A DNA stretch of 64,000 bases from assembly GCA_910586605.1 (NCBI GenBank), contig CAJUJR010000002.1, positions 4,473 to 68,472 on the forward strand, read 5' to 3'. The notes under the pieces were generated by a model that was not told the DNA's origin, searched no databases, and was given only the letters and a program-made list of their open reading frames with translations. Below are positions 10,278-20,174 of this stretch, piece by piece; within the stretch, counting starts at the first letter, position 1, and each line of letters opens with the position of its first letter. A program made the translations under genes and the position numbers. This DNA comes from an uncultured Lachnospiraceae bacterium (GTDB lineage: Bacteria > Bacillota > Clostridia > Lachnospirales > Lachnospiraceae).

Positions 10278-10466
10278 ATGGAGCAGTTAAAGGCATTTTG
10301 GGAGGAAGAAGATGGAGTTGGGATTATTGAGATTATTTTGATTTTAGTTATCCTGATTATGATTATTGTGATTTTTCGGGAGCAGATTGTTAAGATTATA
10401 ACAAACGCATTTAAAGAAATTAATGGAGGTGCAGATTCAGTAAATAAAAAAATTTCCATAAAATAA
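10278..10466 (+). CDS. flp: Flp1 family type IVb pilin
   Basis: 62 aa, EEEDG|VGIIE cleavage motif followed by a hydrophobic helix, AGGAGG RBS. Confidence 0.9.
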   Translation: MEQLKAFWEEEDGVGIIEIILILVILIMIIVIFREQIVKIITNAFKEINGGADSVNKKISIK

Positions 10467-10592
10467 ATTTGGCGGCAAATGGCCTATATCAGAAATGTAA
10501 CAATCCAGTTGTGCTTGCATATATAAGGCAGCAAAGCAGATTGGGAAGCCTTAGGATCATAGTTAAGGAAGAAAAATGGAGGGGATGGTATT

Positions 10593-12197
10593 ATGGTTTG
10601 GGAGAGAGGAAAAAAGAAGGTTTTGATAGACAGGGAGGATACAGAACTGGGAAGTATTACTATCTTTTTATGTATATTATTTTTACTATTTTTTTCTTTG
10701 ACAGGCGTGGCATTTGAAAATGTGCGTGTGCTGTCTTCGCAAGGATATATGCGAACGGCAGCATATGCTGCTGCTATGACAGTTTTTGGGAATTACAATA
10801 AGGAACTTTATGGGCAGTATGGATTTTTTGCTTATGGAGGTTATGGGGGAAAGGGGGAGGAAAGTTTAGCCAGGGATTTTAATGGGACAATTTTACAGAA
10901 TATACAGGCGGCCCCTGAAAATGCAAAAGTTTCGTATGGTAATCTATATCGGATTGGCAGCGTGGAAAGCTATGTGGAGGATGCAAAGTATCTGACAAAC
11001 AAGGAGATATTTGATGGGCAGGTAAAAGCATGCCTGAAGGAAGAAGCAGTTAGTGAATTAAGAGAAAAGCTGAAAGGAAAAATTTCAGGAGACCTGGAAG
11101 GGAGCGGGTTGGAAGAAAAGCTTGCTTTGGCAAAGGGATATGAAAAAGGGGAGTTTGACGGGCAGAAGGAGGCAGAAGCAGGGCAGGAGACAGCCAGCAT
11201 AGAAGAAAGTACAGCAGAGGATTTGGCAGGAGGCAATCCCCTGGAAATATTTACAGATATGGTAAGGGATGGAGTGCTTAACTTGGTTTGTGATGCTAAA
11301 CGGTTGTCTGATGGGATTGTAGAAGGGGTGGAAGAGATAGAAGATGCTGCAGGAGATAAGAAAGGCAGCAGGGATAAGTGTGCGGCAGATTATCTAAATG
11401 AGATGCTTCTTGATGCCAAGCTTCCGGCAGATAAAAACATTTTGGAGCGGGGGATTCAGAAGTTGGAGTATATTGCATATGCAGATAAACAGTTCAGTTC
11501 GTATACAGCAGATAAGGACCGTACAACAAAATATGGCATGGAGTTTCTTGTTGCTGGGAAAAAAGAGGAAAAGGATAATTTATCCTATATAGTTAACCGT
11601 CTTTTAGGGATTCGGGCAACGGTAAATTTTGCATGTATTGTATCAGATGCAGCGCTACAGGAAAAAAGCCTTGCTACAGCAACTGTGCTTGCAGGATTTA
11701 CTGGAATGCCGCCAGTGATTAAGGCAGTACAATATGTAATTTTATTGATTCTTGCTTTTGAAGAGGCATGTGTGGATGTTACAGCGCTTTTGGAAGGAAG
11801 AAGCATTCCATTTTTAAAAACTGCGGGAAACCTTAAAATGGCCTATGAAGAAATCTGTATGGCGTCAAAAGGGCTGTTTGCTTCTAAAGCAGGGGCATAT
11901 CCTGTTAAGGGAACGCCGTCAGCAGATATTACATATCATCAGTATTTATATCTTTTTCTTTTGATGGTTTCAGAAGAAAATCTGCGGAACCGAAGCTACG
12001 GCTTAATCCAATATGATTTAAGGGAAAAATATAATCAGACATTCTGCTTGTCGGATTGTATTTGCACATGCCGTTACCGTATTGATTACACAGTGCCATT
12101 TTTATTTGGAAACCTGCCTTTTTTGGAAAATGTGGGGAAAGAAGGGCAAGGGAACAACAGAAGCCTGGAGGTGGATTATGGGTATAAAAGCAGGTAG
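10593..12197 (+). CDS. Tad-cluster pilin-like protein (DUF5702-like)
   Basis: G|SITIFL prepilin-like N-terminus, EYI/EF.VAG..EKDNL motifs, tad-cluster context. Confidence 0.7.
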   Translation: MVWERGKKKVLIDREDTELGSITIFLCILFLLFFSLTGVAFENVRVLSSQGYMRTAAYAAAMTVFGNYNKELYGQYGFFAYGGYGGKGEESLARDFNGTILQNIQAAPENAKVSYGNLYRIGSVESYVEDAKYLTNKEIFDGQVKACLKEEAVSELREKLKGKISGDLEGSGLEEKLALAKGYEKGEFDGQKEAEAGQETASIEESTAEDLAGGNPLEIFTDMVRDGVLNLVCDAKRLSDGIVEGVEEIEDAAGDKKGSRDKCAADYLNEMLLDAKLPADKNILERGIQKLEYIAYADKQFSSYTADKDRTTKYGMEFLVAGKKEEKDNLSYIVNRLLGIRATVNFACIVSDAALQEKSLATATVLAGFTGMPPVIKAVQYVILLILAFEEACVDVTALLEGRSIPFLKTAGNLKMAYEEICMASKGLFASKAGAYPVKGTPSADITYHQYLYLFLLMVSEENLRNRSYGLIQYDLREKYNQTFCLSDCICTCRYRIDYTVPFLFGNLPFLENVGKEGQGNNRSLEVDYGYKSR

Positions 12198-12999
12198 GGA
12201 TGTCCTCTGTTTTGATGACACAGGTAAACAACCAGATCAACTATCAAATAATATAAAAATCTTGCAAAAATCAAAGGAGGCTCCCCCAAATTTTAAATAT
12301 CAGGACAGAGGATGTCCCTGTCTGCTTTTCCCTGGCTCATTTACGGTGGAAGTAGCGTTTAGTGCAGTACTTTTTTTCCTTGCGCTTTTTTCCTTATTGT
12401 ATTTGTTTTTGATGCTGTTTGGAGTTTGCCGGGTACAGATGCGCCTGGCGTCTGCAGTGCAGCAGTATGAATGTTATGGCACAAAGGCTGGGACAGTTGA
12501 AGGGCTTTTAAAGCAGCAAGTGCTGATACAGTGGGATGAAGAGAAAGAAATCTGTTATGTCCAGCAAAAAAGGGAAATTCCATTTTTAGGCGGTCAGTTT
12601 TTTGGGGTTCTCTTGTATCAGCAGATGAAAATTAACCGATATGAAGGGGAAAGCATGGCGTCAGCCGCAGAAGCAGGAGGGGAGTATGTTTATATAGCTG
12701 AGAATGGACGTGTATATCATACTGATAAAGGATGTATTTATCTGAATCCAGGGATACAAAGTATACGCTATAGCAGGGTAGAATTTAGCCGGAACCATTC
12801 TGGAGGGAAATACAAAGTTTGCAAAATCTGTAGTAATGGGGCAAAAATAGTAGGGAAAACGGTGGTCTATATTACACCATACGGCGACAGCTATCATTTG
12901 GATAAGGCATGCAGTGGATTAAAGAGGACAATCCGGAAAGTTTTGCTTCCAGAAATAGGAAAGATGCCGCCTTGCAGTAAATGTGAAAGGAGATATTGA
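12178..12999 (+). CDS. TadE-like pseudopilin with C-terminal Cys/His metal-binding repeats
   Basis: G|SFTVE motif plus TM, and two YH...C..L / CxxC units. The start at 12178 is inferred from a GGAGG RBS. Confidence 0.7.
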   Translation: MGIKAGRDVLCFDDTGKQPDQLSNNIKILQKSKEAPPNFKYQDRGCPCLLFPGSFTVEVAFSAVLFFLALFSLLYLFLMLFGVCRVQMRLASAVQQYECYGTKAGTVEGLLKQQVLIQWDEEKEICYVQQKREIPFLGGQFFGVLLYQQMKINRYEGESMASAAEAGGEYVYIAENGRVYHTDKGCIYLNPGIQSIRYSRVEFSRNHSGGKYKVCKICSNGAKIVGKTVVYITPYGDSYHLDKACSGLKRTIRKVLLPEIGKMPPCSKCERRY

Positions 13000-13433
13000 T
13001 GCAGGAATATATACTTTATGGCTTGCTTTTTGCCGGCTTGCTGTTTGAGGCAGTGATAGACATTAGGGAACAGAAAATATGGCTTCCATTAGTTTTCCTT
13101 GAAATCCCTATTTTAACAGGGCTAAATTACAGTATGGGGCGGGGCGGTATAATGCTTTGGGCGGCTTCCTTTGGGACAGGGGCTGTTATTTACTTTGTTA
13201 GCATAGTTACAAAAGGACAGATAGGGAAAGGGGATGCATATCTTTTTGCAATGACGGGGGCAGGCATGGGATTTTTAGGGAATATAGCGTTGCTTTATCT
13301 GACGTTCCTTTTTGCTTTCTTGGCAGCAGCTTTTTTCTGGCTGGTAAAAAAGGCGGGATGGGAATTTCGGATGCCATTAGCCCCTTTTGTATTGGCTTCA
13401 TATAGTTTTATACATTTATGCAGGATAATATAG
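12999..13433 (+). CDS. Second A24 family prepilin peptidase
   Basis: IDIREQKI, IGKGDA, MPLAPF motifs. Confidence 0.8.
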   Translation: MQEYILYGLLFAGLLFEAVIDIREQKIWLPLVFLEIPILTGLNYSMGRGGIMLWAASFGTGAVIYFVSIVTKGQIGKGDAYLFAMTGAGMGFLGNIALLYLTFLFAFLAAAFFWLVKKAGWEFRMPLAPFVLASYSFIHLCRII

Positions 13434-13457
13434 ATGGGATGCAGAGAGGAGGGAGAT

Positions 13458-13871
13458 ATGGAGAGGGGAAGTTATACTATAGAAGCGGCATTTATTGTCC
13501 CGGTTGTAGCAGGTATTGCGTTTCTTATTTTGTATACTCTGTTTTTGCAACATGACAGGGTGATTTTACAGGCAAATCTAAATAATGGGATTTTTTTGCT
13601 GGCAGAGGGAAAATATAAGGATAAACAAGACGTTGATAAAGATATACAGAAATATTTGTGGTGTATGGAGATACGGAAAGCAGAGCTGTCAGATGGTAAT
13701 GTTTTAATACAGGGAAACGTGGCAGCAGAAGCTTTTTGGGACATTCCTATAGTATCTTATTTTGTTGCTGGGAAAGAAAGCTTGGCGCTTTCAGAGAACT
13801 ATGGCCGGCTTCAGCCGGAGGAATTGTTGCGTTTAAAAATACGTTCAGGGGAAAGAGGCGAGGACAAATAG
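13458..13871 (+). CDS. TadE/TadG family pseudopilin
   Basis: RG|SYTIEAAFIVP N-terminus, GGAGG RBS. Confidence 0.8.
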   Translation: MERGSYTIEAAFIVPVVAGIAFLILYTLFLQHDRVILQANLNNGIFLLAEGKYKDKQDVDKDIQKYLWCMEIRKAELSDGNVLIQGNVAAEAFWDIPIVSYFVAGKESLALSENYGRLQPEELLRLKIRSGERGEDK

Positions 13872-14854
13872 AAGAATTAGATTTGGATGAAAAAAATTGC
13901 CAAGTGGTTTGGAGCACATCTGCTGTTCAGGCACAAAATGCATTATTGGGATGGAGGATGTTAGAGCATAATGAAGTGCCTGGCATACTGCCCTTTGATT
14001 ATTATTATGCAGATGATAAAGTCTGTTTTCGGTGCTTTTATGCCCCATATGAGAGGATAAGCAGCTATTTCCAAAAAAACAACGGGGACTTTGAGTGTGT
14101 TTCCTGCATTTGTAAAGGTGTTTTGAAGATATTAGAAAAAGGAGACGAATACCTATTGGGACGTGAGGGGTATTTGCTTTTGCCGGAATGGATTTTCTGG
14201 AACCGTTATGAAAAAAAGATAGCAGTCTGTTATTTCCCTGGCAGGCAGGAGATAGCCCAAAAAGAATATATAAGCTTAGTCGAATATATGATGCAGCATA
14301 CCGACCATTCTGATAAAAAGGCAGTTGCGTGGATTTATGGTTTATATGATAGGGCAGTGTCAGGAGAATTTATTGTAGAAAATCTTTTGCAATACCTTCA
14401 AATAGAGGAAAATGAGGGGGACATATATGCAGAAAGGGCAGAAGAGACAGAGAACCTACAAAAAACAGAAGTACAGAAAATTAATTTAAAACCTGTAGAT
14501 GATGGTATTGCAGGAAGGATGAGGTACCGGATTACAGAAAAACAGGGTGCAGGAATTTGTTTCAAGGAAGGAAAGGAACTTACGGTTGGGAGACGGGAAG
14601 GCAGCAGCATTTATCTGCCATTTGATGTAATCAGCCAAAAGCATGCAGTATTTTTATATGAGGATAGTAAGTTATGGTTAATGGATCTTTCATCAAAAAA
14701 TGGGACATATCTGAATGGCAAAAAAATATCCGCATATGCAAAAACACAATGCAGGGAGAATGATGTGGTTACATTTGCGGATATTTCCTGCCAGATTAGA
14801 TTCACAAAAATTGTCAATAAATTAACTGAGAATGAATTTCCAAACACGCTCTAG
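13868..14854 (+). CDS. DUF6382-like + FHA domain protein (start codon uncertain)
   Basis: N-terminal MLEHNEVPGILP...L.PEWIF segment and C-terminal FHA (VGR...ISQKHA...DLSSKNGTYLNG). No ATG after the RBS; ATA at 13868 and TTG at 13883 are in frame. Confidence 0.7.
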   Translation: MEELDLDEKNCQVVWSTSAVQAQNALLGWRMLEHNEVPGILPFDYYYADDKVCFRCFYAPYERISSYFQKNNGDFECVSCICKGVLKILEKGDEYLLGREGYLLLPEWIFWNRYEKKIAVCYFPGRQEIAQKEYISLVEYMMQHTDHSDKKAVAWIYGLYDRAVSGEFIVENLLQYLQIEENEGDIYAERAEETENLQKTEVQKINLKPVDDGIAGRMRYRITEKQGAGICFKEGKELTVGRREGSSIYLPFDVISQKHAVFLYEDSKLWLMDLSSKNGTYLNGKKISAYAKTQCRENDVVTFADISCQIRFTKIVNKLTENEFPNTL

Positions 14855-15276
14855 TCAAAAACAACCGGGTTTTCCCGATATTCTGTTTTGATAACAATAT
14901 AGGGATAAGATGGGGCGCCAGATACAGGTTCGTCTTTTTTAGGACCGAATAATTCTGTATCAAAGTAGAGGCAGTCGCCAGACTGGTAAAAATCATGTAT
15001 TACAATACTGTATCCGCCGCTGGACTGCTTTCCATAGCCTTTGATTACATAGAGGCAGCCATTGTCTGAAAACGTCAGTTCAAAAGAATTTTTCTGCCGT
15101 TCTTTGATTAATTCCTGCAATTCTTTTGGGATATCTGTTCCTGATACAACGGTAAATTCTACGGTATTTGTCTTTTCCGGCGCTTCGCTCTTACTGCAGC
15201 CAGCCAGGATAATACAAAGGCAGAGGAAAAAAAGGATGCACGGACGGTGTGGAGAACAGCCTAAACGATGCAGCAT
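14851..15276 (-). CDS. PrcB C-terminal family lipoprotein
   Basis: Lipobox LAGC, GKQSSGGYSI, SYPYIVIKTE. Confidence 0.75.
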   Translation of the reverse strand: MLHRLGCSPHRPCILFFLCLCIILAGCSKSEAPEKTNTVEFTVVSGTDIPKELQELIKERQKNSFELTFSDNGCLYVIKGYGKQSSGGYSIVIHDFYQSGDCLYFDTELFGPKKDEPVSGAPSYPYIVIKTEYRENPVVFD

Positions 15277-15529
15277 ATAAAATTCTCCTGTTGCAAATGA
15301 TTGTTATTATATATGAGATTTTACCAAAAAATATGCATTTTAGCGTAAAATCTGGAAAAAATATGTATAGAATGACGAAAAAAAATGCAGAAATTGCTTT
15401 TTGGGTGTCTGTGTTATATAATAGAAAAGCATAGCGGCATTTTGGTGAATTGCTCTGTTGATTTTCATTGTTTACAGAGTTTTATCAGATATTTCATAAT
15501 ATAGTGCAAATGACAGGAGGACCGGTAGA

Positions 15530-17989
15530 GTGAAAGAGTTAAACAAGGAAAAGTTTAAAAAAGAAGTAGAAGATTATGTGAAAGTATTATTCCGTAAATC
15601 AATTAAGGAAGCAAACGACCAGCAGTTATTTCAGGCAGTTTCCTATGCGGTAAAAGACTTTATTGTGGATCAGTGGATGGCAACACAGAAAGAATATGAA
15701 GAAAAAGATGTAAAATCAGTTTATTATCTGTCTATGGAGTTTTTGACAGGCCGTGCCCTGGGAAATATTATTATTAACTTAAAGGGAAACCAGGCAATTA
15801 AGGAAGCAATTGAAGAGTTGGGAATGGATTTGGATGTGATAGAAGACCAGGAGCCTGATGCAGCGCTTGGAAACGGCGGACTTGGACGTTTGGCGGCATG
15901 TTTCTTAGATTCATTGTCAACACTGGGTTATCCTGCTTATGGATGCGGTATCCGTTATAAATACGGTATGTTTAAGCAGGCAATTAAGGATGGGTATCAG
16001 GTAGAACGTCCAGATGACTGGTTAAAAGATGGAAACCCATTTGAAATTAAACGGCCGGAATATGCTGTAGAAATAAAGTTTGGCGGATATGTTGCCATAC
16101 ATAAGGATGAAACGACCGGACGCAATAAATTTGTTCAGGAGAACTACCAGTCCGTTTTGGCAGTCCCTTATGATTTGCCGATTGTCGGATATAATAATAA
16201 TGTAGTAAATACTTTGCGTATTTGGGATGCTGAAGCAATTGATACCTTTAACCTGGACTCTTTTGATAAAGGGGATTACCAAAAGGCAGTTGAGCAGCAG
16301 AACCTTGCCCGTACGATTTGTGAGGTGCTCTATCCAAATGACAACCATATCGCAGGAAAGGAACTCCGCTTAAAGCAGCAGTATTTCTTTGTATCAGCAA
16401 GTGTACAAAGGGCTGTGAAAAAATATATGGAGAAACATGATGATATTCGCAGGATTCATGAAAAAGTGTGCTTCCAGTTAAATGATACCCATCCAACAGT
16501 TACCGTTGCTGAACTGATGCGTATTTTAGTAGATGAATACGGCCTGGGCTGGGAAGAGGCATGGGGCATTACAAATAAGACATGTGCTTATACAAACCAT
16601 ACTATTATGTCAGAAGCTTTGGAAAAATGGCCATTGGAGCTTTTCTCAAGGCTGCTTCCGCGTATTTACCAGATTATTGAGGAAATCAACCGCCGCTTTA
16701 TTTTGGAGATTCAGAGGGCATATCCGAATGACTACAATAAAGTAGAAAAAATGGCAATTATTTATGATGGGCAGGTTAAGATGGCGCATCTTGCAATTGC
16801 AGCAAGCTTTTCTGTTAATGGTGTTGCAAGGCTTCACACTGAGATTTTAAAGAATCAGGAATTAAAAGATTTCTACCTGATGATGCCGGAGAAATTTAAT
16901 AATAAGACGAATGGTATTACACAGAGAAGATTCCTGCTTCATGGAAACCCTCTGTTAGCTGACTGGGTGACAAGAAAGATTGGCGATGAGTGGATTACCA
17001 ACCTGGCGCATATTAATGAACTTTCTGTATATGTAAATGACGAATTATGCCAGAAGGAATTTATGAATATAAAATACCAGAATAAAGTCCGTTTGGCAAA
17101 ATATATTAAAGAACACAATGGTATTGAAGTAAACCCACGTTCAATTTTTGACGTACAGGTAAAGAGGCTTCATGAGTATAAGCGCCAGCTTTTGAATATT
17201 CTTCATATTATGTATTTGTATAATGATTTGAAGAAAAATCCAGAAAAGGATTTCTACCCAAGGACCTTTATCTTTGGTGCAAAGGCATCAGCTGGCTATC
17301 ACAGGGCAAAGGCAATTATTAAACTTATTAACAGTGTTGCCGATGTAGTGAACAATGACAAATCCATCCATGACAAAATTAAGGTAGTATTTATTGAAAA
17401 TTACCGTGTTTCCAATGCAGAATTGATTTTTGCCGCAGCAGATGTTTCAGAGCAGATTTCTACTGCCAGCAAGGAAGCATCTGGTACAGGCAATATGAAA
17501 TTTATGTTAAACGGCGCGCCTACGCTTGGGACAATGGATGGTGCAAATGTTGAGATTGTAGAAGAGGTTGGAGAAGAAAATGCATTTATTTTTGGCCTTT
17601 CTTCTGACCAGGTAATTGCATATGAGCATAATAACCAGTACAATCCAAGGGAGATTTATAATATAGATTCGGAAATCCGCGCTGTATTGACACAGTTAGT
17701 AGATGGGACATATGCGCCGGGAAATTCAGAAGAGTTCCGTGATATTTACAATTCTCTTCTGGAAAGCCAGGGCGGGCGTCCTGACATGTATTTTATCCTT
17801 GCAGACTTCCGTTCTTATGCGGAGGCGCAAAGAAGGGTAGAAGAAGCTTACAAAGACACTGCAAGATGGGCAGCAATGGCTATGCTGAATACTGCAAAAT
17901 GTGGCAAGTTTTCATCTGACAGGACAATTGAGGAATATGCAAAGGAAATCTGGAATTTGGAAAAAGTAACAGTAGAAGTTGAAGATTAA
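15530..17989 (+). CDS. glgP: Glycogen/starch phosphorylase
   Basis: LGNGGLGRLAACF, QLNDTHP, KRLHEYKRQ and the PLP-lysine motif EASGTGNMKF. Confidence 0.97.
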   Translation: MKELNKEKFKKEVEDYVKVLFRKSIKEANDQQLFQAVSYAVKDFIVDQWMATQKEYEEKDVKSVYYLSMEFLTGRALGNIIINLKGNQAIKEAIEELGMDLDVIEDQEPDAALGNGGLGRLAACFLDSLSTLGYPAYGCGIRYKYGMFKQAIKDGYQVERPDDWLKDGNPFEIKRPEYAVEIKFGGYVAIHKDETTGRNKFVQENYQSVLAVPYDLPIVGYNNNVVNTLRIWDAEAIDTFNLDSFDKGDYQKAVEQQNLARTICEVLYPNDNHIAGKELRLKQQYFFVSASVQRAVKKYMEKHDDIRRIHEKVCFQLNDTHPTVTVAELMRILVDEYGLGWEEAWGITNKTCAYTNHTIMSEALEKWPLELFSRLLPRIYQIIEEINRRFILEIQRAYPNDYNKVEKMAIIYDGQVKMAHLAIAASFSVNGVARLHTEILKNQELKDFYLMMPEKFNNKTNGITQRRFLLHGNPLLADWVTRKIGDEWITNLAHINELSVYVNDELCQKEFMNIKYQNKVRLAKYIKEHNGIEVNPRSIFDVQVKRLHEYKRQLLNILHIMYLYNDLKKNPEKDFYPRTFIFGAKASAGYHRAKAIIKLINSVADVVNNDKSIHDKIKVVFIENYRVSNAELIFAAADVSEQISTASKEASGTGNMKFMLNGAPTLGTMDGANVEIVEEVGEENAFIFGLSSDQVIAYEHNNQYNPREIYNIDSEIRAVLTQLVDGTYAPGNSEEFRDIYNSLLESQGGRPDMYFILADFRSYAEAQRRVEEAYKDTARWAAMAMLNTAKCGKFSSDRTIEEYAKEIWNLEKVTVEVED

Positions 17990-18057
17990 CTGCCGGATGA
18001 TTTTGTATATAGCAGCAGGGGTGACCGTTGTTTTGCTATAATACAGAAATAATCCGG

Positions 18058-18090
18058 GAAAAGGGCAGGCATATTTGCACTGCCCTTTTC
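18058..18090 (+). terminator. Probable intrinsic terminator after glgP
   Basis: GAAAAGGGCAG...CTGCCCTTTTC hairpin. Confidence 0.55.
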
Positions 18091-18121
18091 TGGACATTTG
18101 CATGAAAACATTTACAGGATG

Positions 18122-18284
18122 CTATTACTCCAGCGGTTAAATATCGATGTTTGTACTTTGTCTAAATTTTATCTGCCGCGTTGTTTTCAGCCGTTGTAGC
18201 GTTTGCTACAATCCATTCTTCCGCCTTGCAGCTGAAAATTTATTCTATGTAAAATTTGTCGGTAGTTAACTGCTAGAGTAATAG
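18122..18284. mobile_element. ~163-bp MITE/REP-like palindromic element
   Basis: 19-bp terminal inverted repeats CTATTACTCCAGCGGTTAA (18122-18140) and TTAACTGCTAGAGTAATAG (18266-18284), 2 mismatches, with nested internal inverted repeats. Confidence 0.6.
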
Positions 18285-18302
18285 AGTCAGAGGGGAAATA
18301 GA

Positions 18303-18998
18303 ATGACACGTATTTTGCTGGTAGAAGATGATACAGAAATCATTAAAAACTTGACAAAATTTTTGCAGGAAGAGGGCTTCTGGGTAAAGGCAGTATCTGG
18401 GCAAAAAGAGGCTTTGGAATATATAGGGCGCAGGGAACGGGAAATTGATTTAATCCTGTTGGATGTATCATTATCAGATGGTAATGGTTTTGCAGTTTGT
18501 GCTGCTGTAAAAGCAAATACAAAGATCCCTGTTATTTTTCTGACGGCTTCTGGGGATGAATACAGCACTGTCACTGGATTAGATATGGGGGCGGATGATT
18601 ATATCCCAAAGCCTTTCCGGCCAAGGGAGCTGATATCCCGTATGAAAAATGTATTGCGAAGAAGAAGCAGGCCAAATGTTGTTCTGTCTTTAGGGGATAT
18701 TGCAATGGATGTTTTAAGCGGGACGGTTACAAAGGCCGGAGAAGAGATTTTGCTTTCGGCGCTAGAATACAGGCTTTTGCTGATTTTTTTGAATAACCGT
18801 GGGATTGTTTTAAGCCGTAACAGGCTTTTGGAGGAAATCTGGGATGCGTCGGGGGAATATGTCAATGACAATACTTTAACAGTTTATATTAAGCGGTTAA
18901 GGGAAAAAATTGAAAATGACCCCCAAAACCCTAAATTAATCCATACTGTCCGTGGAATGGGGTATCGTGCGCAGGAAGGTGAACAGTGTGGAAAATAA
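18303..18998 (+). CDS. OmpR/PhoB family response regulator
   Basis: REC domain (VEDD, LLDV, GADDYI.KPF) plus winged helix (LTVYIKRLREKIE, TVRGMGY). Confidence 0.95.
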   Translation: MTRILLVEDDTEIIKNLTKFLQEEGFWVKAVSGQKEALEYIGRREREIDLILLDVSLSDGNGFAVCAAVKANTKIPVIFLTASGDEYSTVTGLDMGADDYIPKPFRPRELISRMKNVLRRRSRPNVVLSLGDIAMDVLSGTVTKAGEEILLSALEYRLLLIFLNNRGIVLSRNRLLEEIWDASGEYVNDNTLTVYIKRLREKIENDPQNPKLIHTVRGMGYRAQEGEQCGK

Positions 18999-19052
18999 AT
19001 TTTTCACGCTCAAATTTGTGTATGGCGCAAATTCATAGGTTATGGGAAAGGC

Positions 19053-20075
19053 ATGGGGATTATTATGAAATTTTTACGGAATCCTGAAATCCAAAGAGAA
19101 TTCCTTGCAGCAATTTTTTTGCTGGCAGCAGCAGGCTTGGTAGCTGTTTATTTAGTTGGGACGCCTGGTGTGGCTTGCGTATTGTTAACAGGGGTGGTTT
19201 TTGTAAGCCTGCATTTTCTTTCTGCCTTCCTGCGTTACAGGAAAATAGCGTGGATGTCAAAAAACCTGGATGAGATTTTACATGATGACAGTGTTGCCTT
19301 GTTGCAGGAATGTGAAGAAGGGGAGCTTGCTATTTTACATTCGCAGCTGGGGAAGCTTGTCAGGCAGTTCCGGCAGCAGAATAGTGATTTAAAGAAGGAT
19401 AGGATATTGCTTGCAGATTCCCTTGCAGATATTTCCCATCAGATTAAGACTCCTTTGACTTCTATCCATTTATTGCTCCGTTTTTTGGAAGAGGAGGAAA
19501 TTACCTTGGAACGCCGTTGTGAAATTTCAAGGGAAATTATGCAGCTAATAGAAAGGATTAACTGGCTTGTCTATGCGCTTCTTAAAATGTCGCGCCTGGA
19601 TGCAGGGGTAGCTGTAATGAAGTCGGAAAAGGTATCTGTACAGGAACTGGCAGATAAAGCATATGGGCTTGTGGCAGTATCTATGGATATCCGGGGGATT
19701 CAATGGAGTACGCAGATAGCAGGCAATGCTTCTTTTTATGGGGATTTGCCGTGGAGTGTGGAAGCTATCGGGAACATCTTGAAAAATGCGATGGAACATG
19801 TGCCGGAAGGCGGCGGTATTTTCTTTTTTGGTGAAGAAAATGCGATTTATACAGAGATACGGATTGAAGATGAGGGAAGTGGGATTGCATCGGAGGATTT
19901 GCCGCATTTATTTGAACGCTTTTACCGCGGAAAAGGAAGTGACAGCCAAAGTATAGGGATTGGGCTGCCACTGGCACAAAAAATAATCTTGGGACAGAAT
20001 GGCACAATAGATGTAAGGAATAGAAAACAGGGCGGTGCAGTATTCCGCATCCGGTTTTATAAAACGGTTGTTTAA
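19053..20075 (+). CDS. Sensor histidine kinase (intramembrane-sensing type)
   Basis: Two closely spaced TM segments, H-box DISHQIKTPL, N-box NILKNA, DEGSGI, FERFYRG, GIGL. Confidence 0.93.
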   Translation: MGIIMKFLRNPEIQREFLAAIFLLAAAGLVAVYLVGTPGVACVLLTGVVFVSLHFLSAFLRYRKIAWMSKNLDEILHDDSVALLQECEEGELAILHSQLGKLVRQFRQQNSDLKKDRILLADSLADISHQIKTPLTSIHLLLRFLEEEEITLERRCEISREIMQLIERINWLVYALLKMSRLDAGVAVMKSEKVSVQELADKAYGLVAVSMDIRGIQWSTQIAGNASFYGDLPWSVEAIGNILKNAMEHVPEGGGIFFFGEENAIYTEIRIEDEGSGIASEDLPHLFERFYRGKGSDSQSIGIGLPLAQKIILGQNGTIDVRNRKQGGAVFRIRFYKTVV

Positions 20076-20174
20076 GTTTCTTGCATTTAGGAAATGGGTA
20101 TGCTACTATCACTATTAGATATTCATAGTATGCTTTGCTTAAATACCAGAATAGAAGGTGGAATGGAGGAAAAA

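Noticed and set aside
10469..10590. Possible c-di-GMP-I riboswitch, or the 82-aa ORF, after flp
   Set aside because: GGCAAA and GCAAAGC fragments are present but the GNRA-capped P2 and the P3 stem cannot be built; the ORF has no RBS or motif.
14812..14826. Exact 15-bp match TGTCAATAAATTAAC at 14812 and 60004
   Set aside because: AT-rich with only two copies; could be chance or a fragment of a repeat family, so no function can be assigned.
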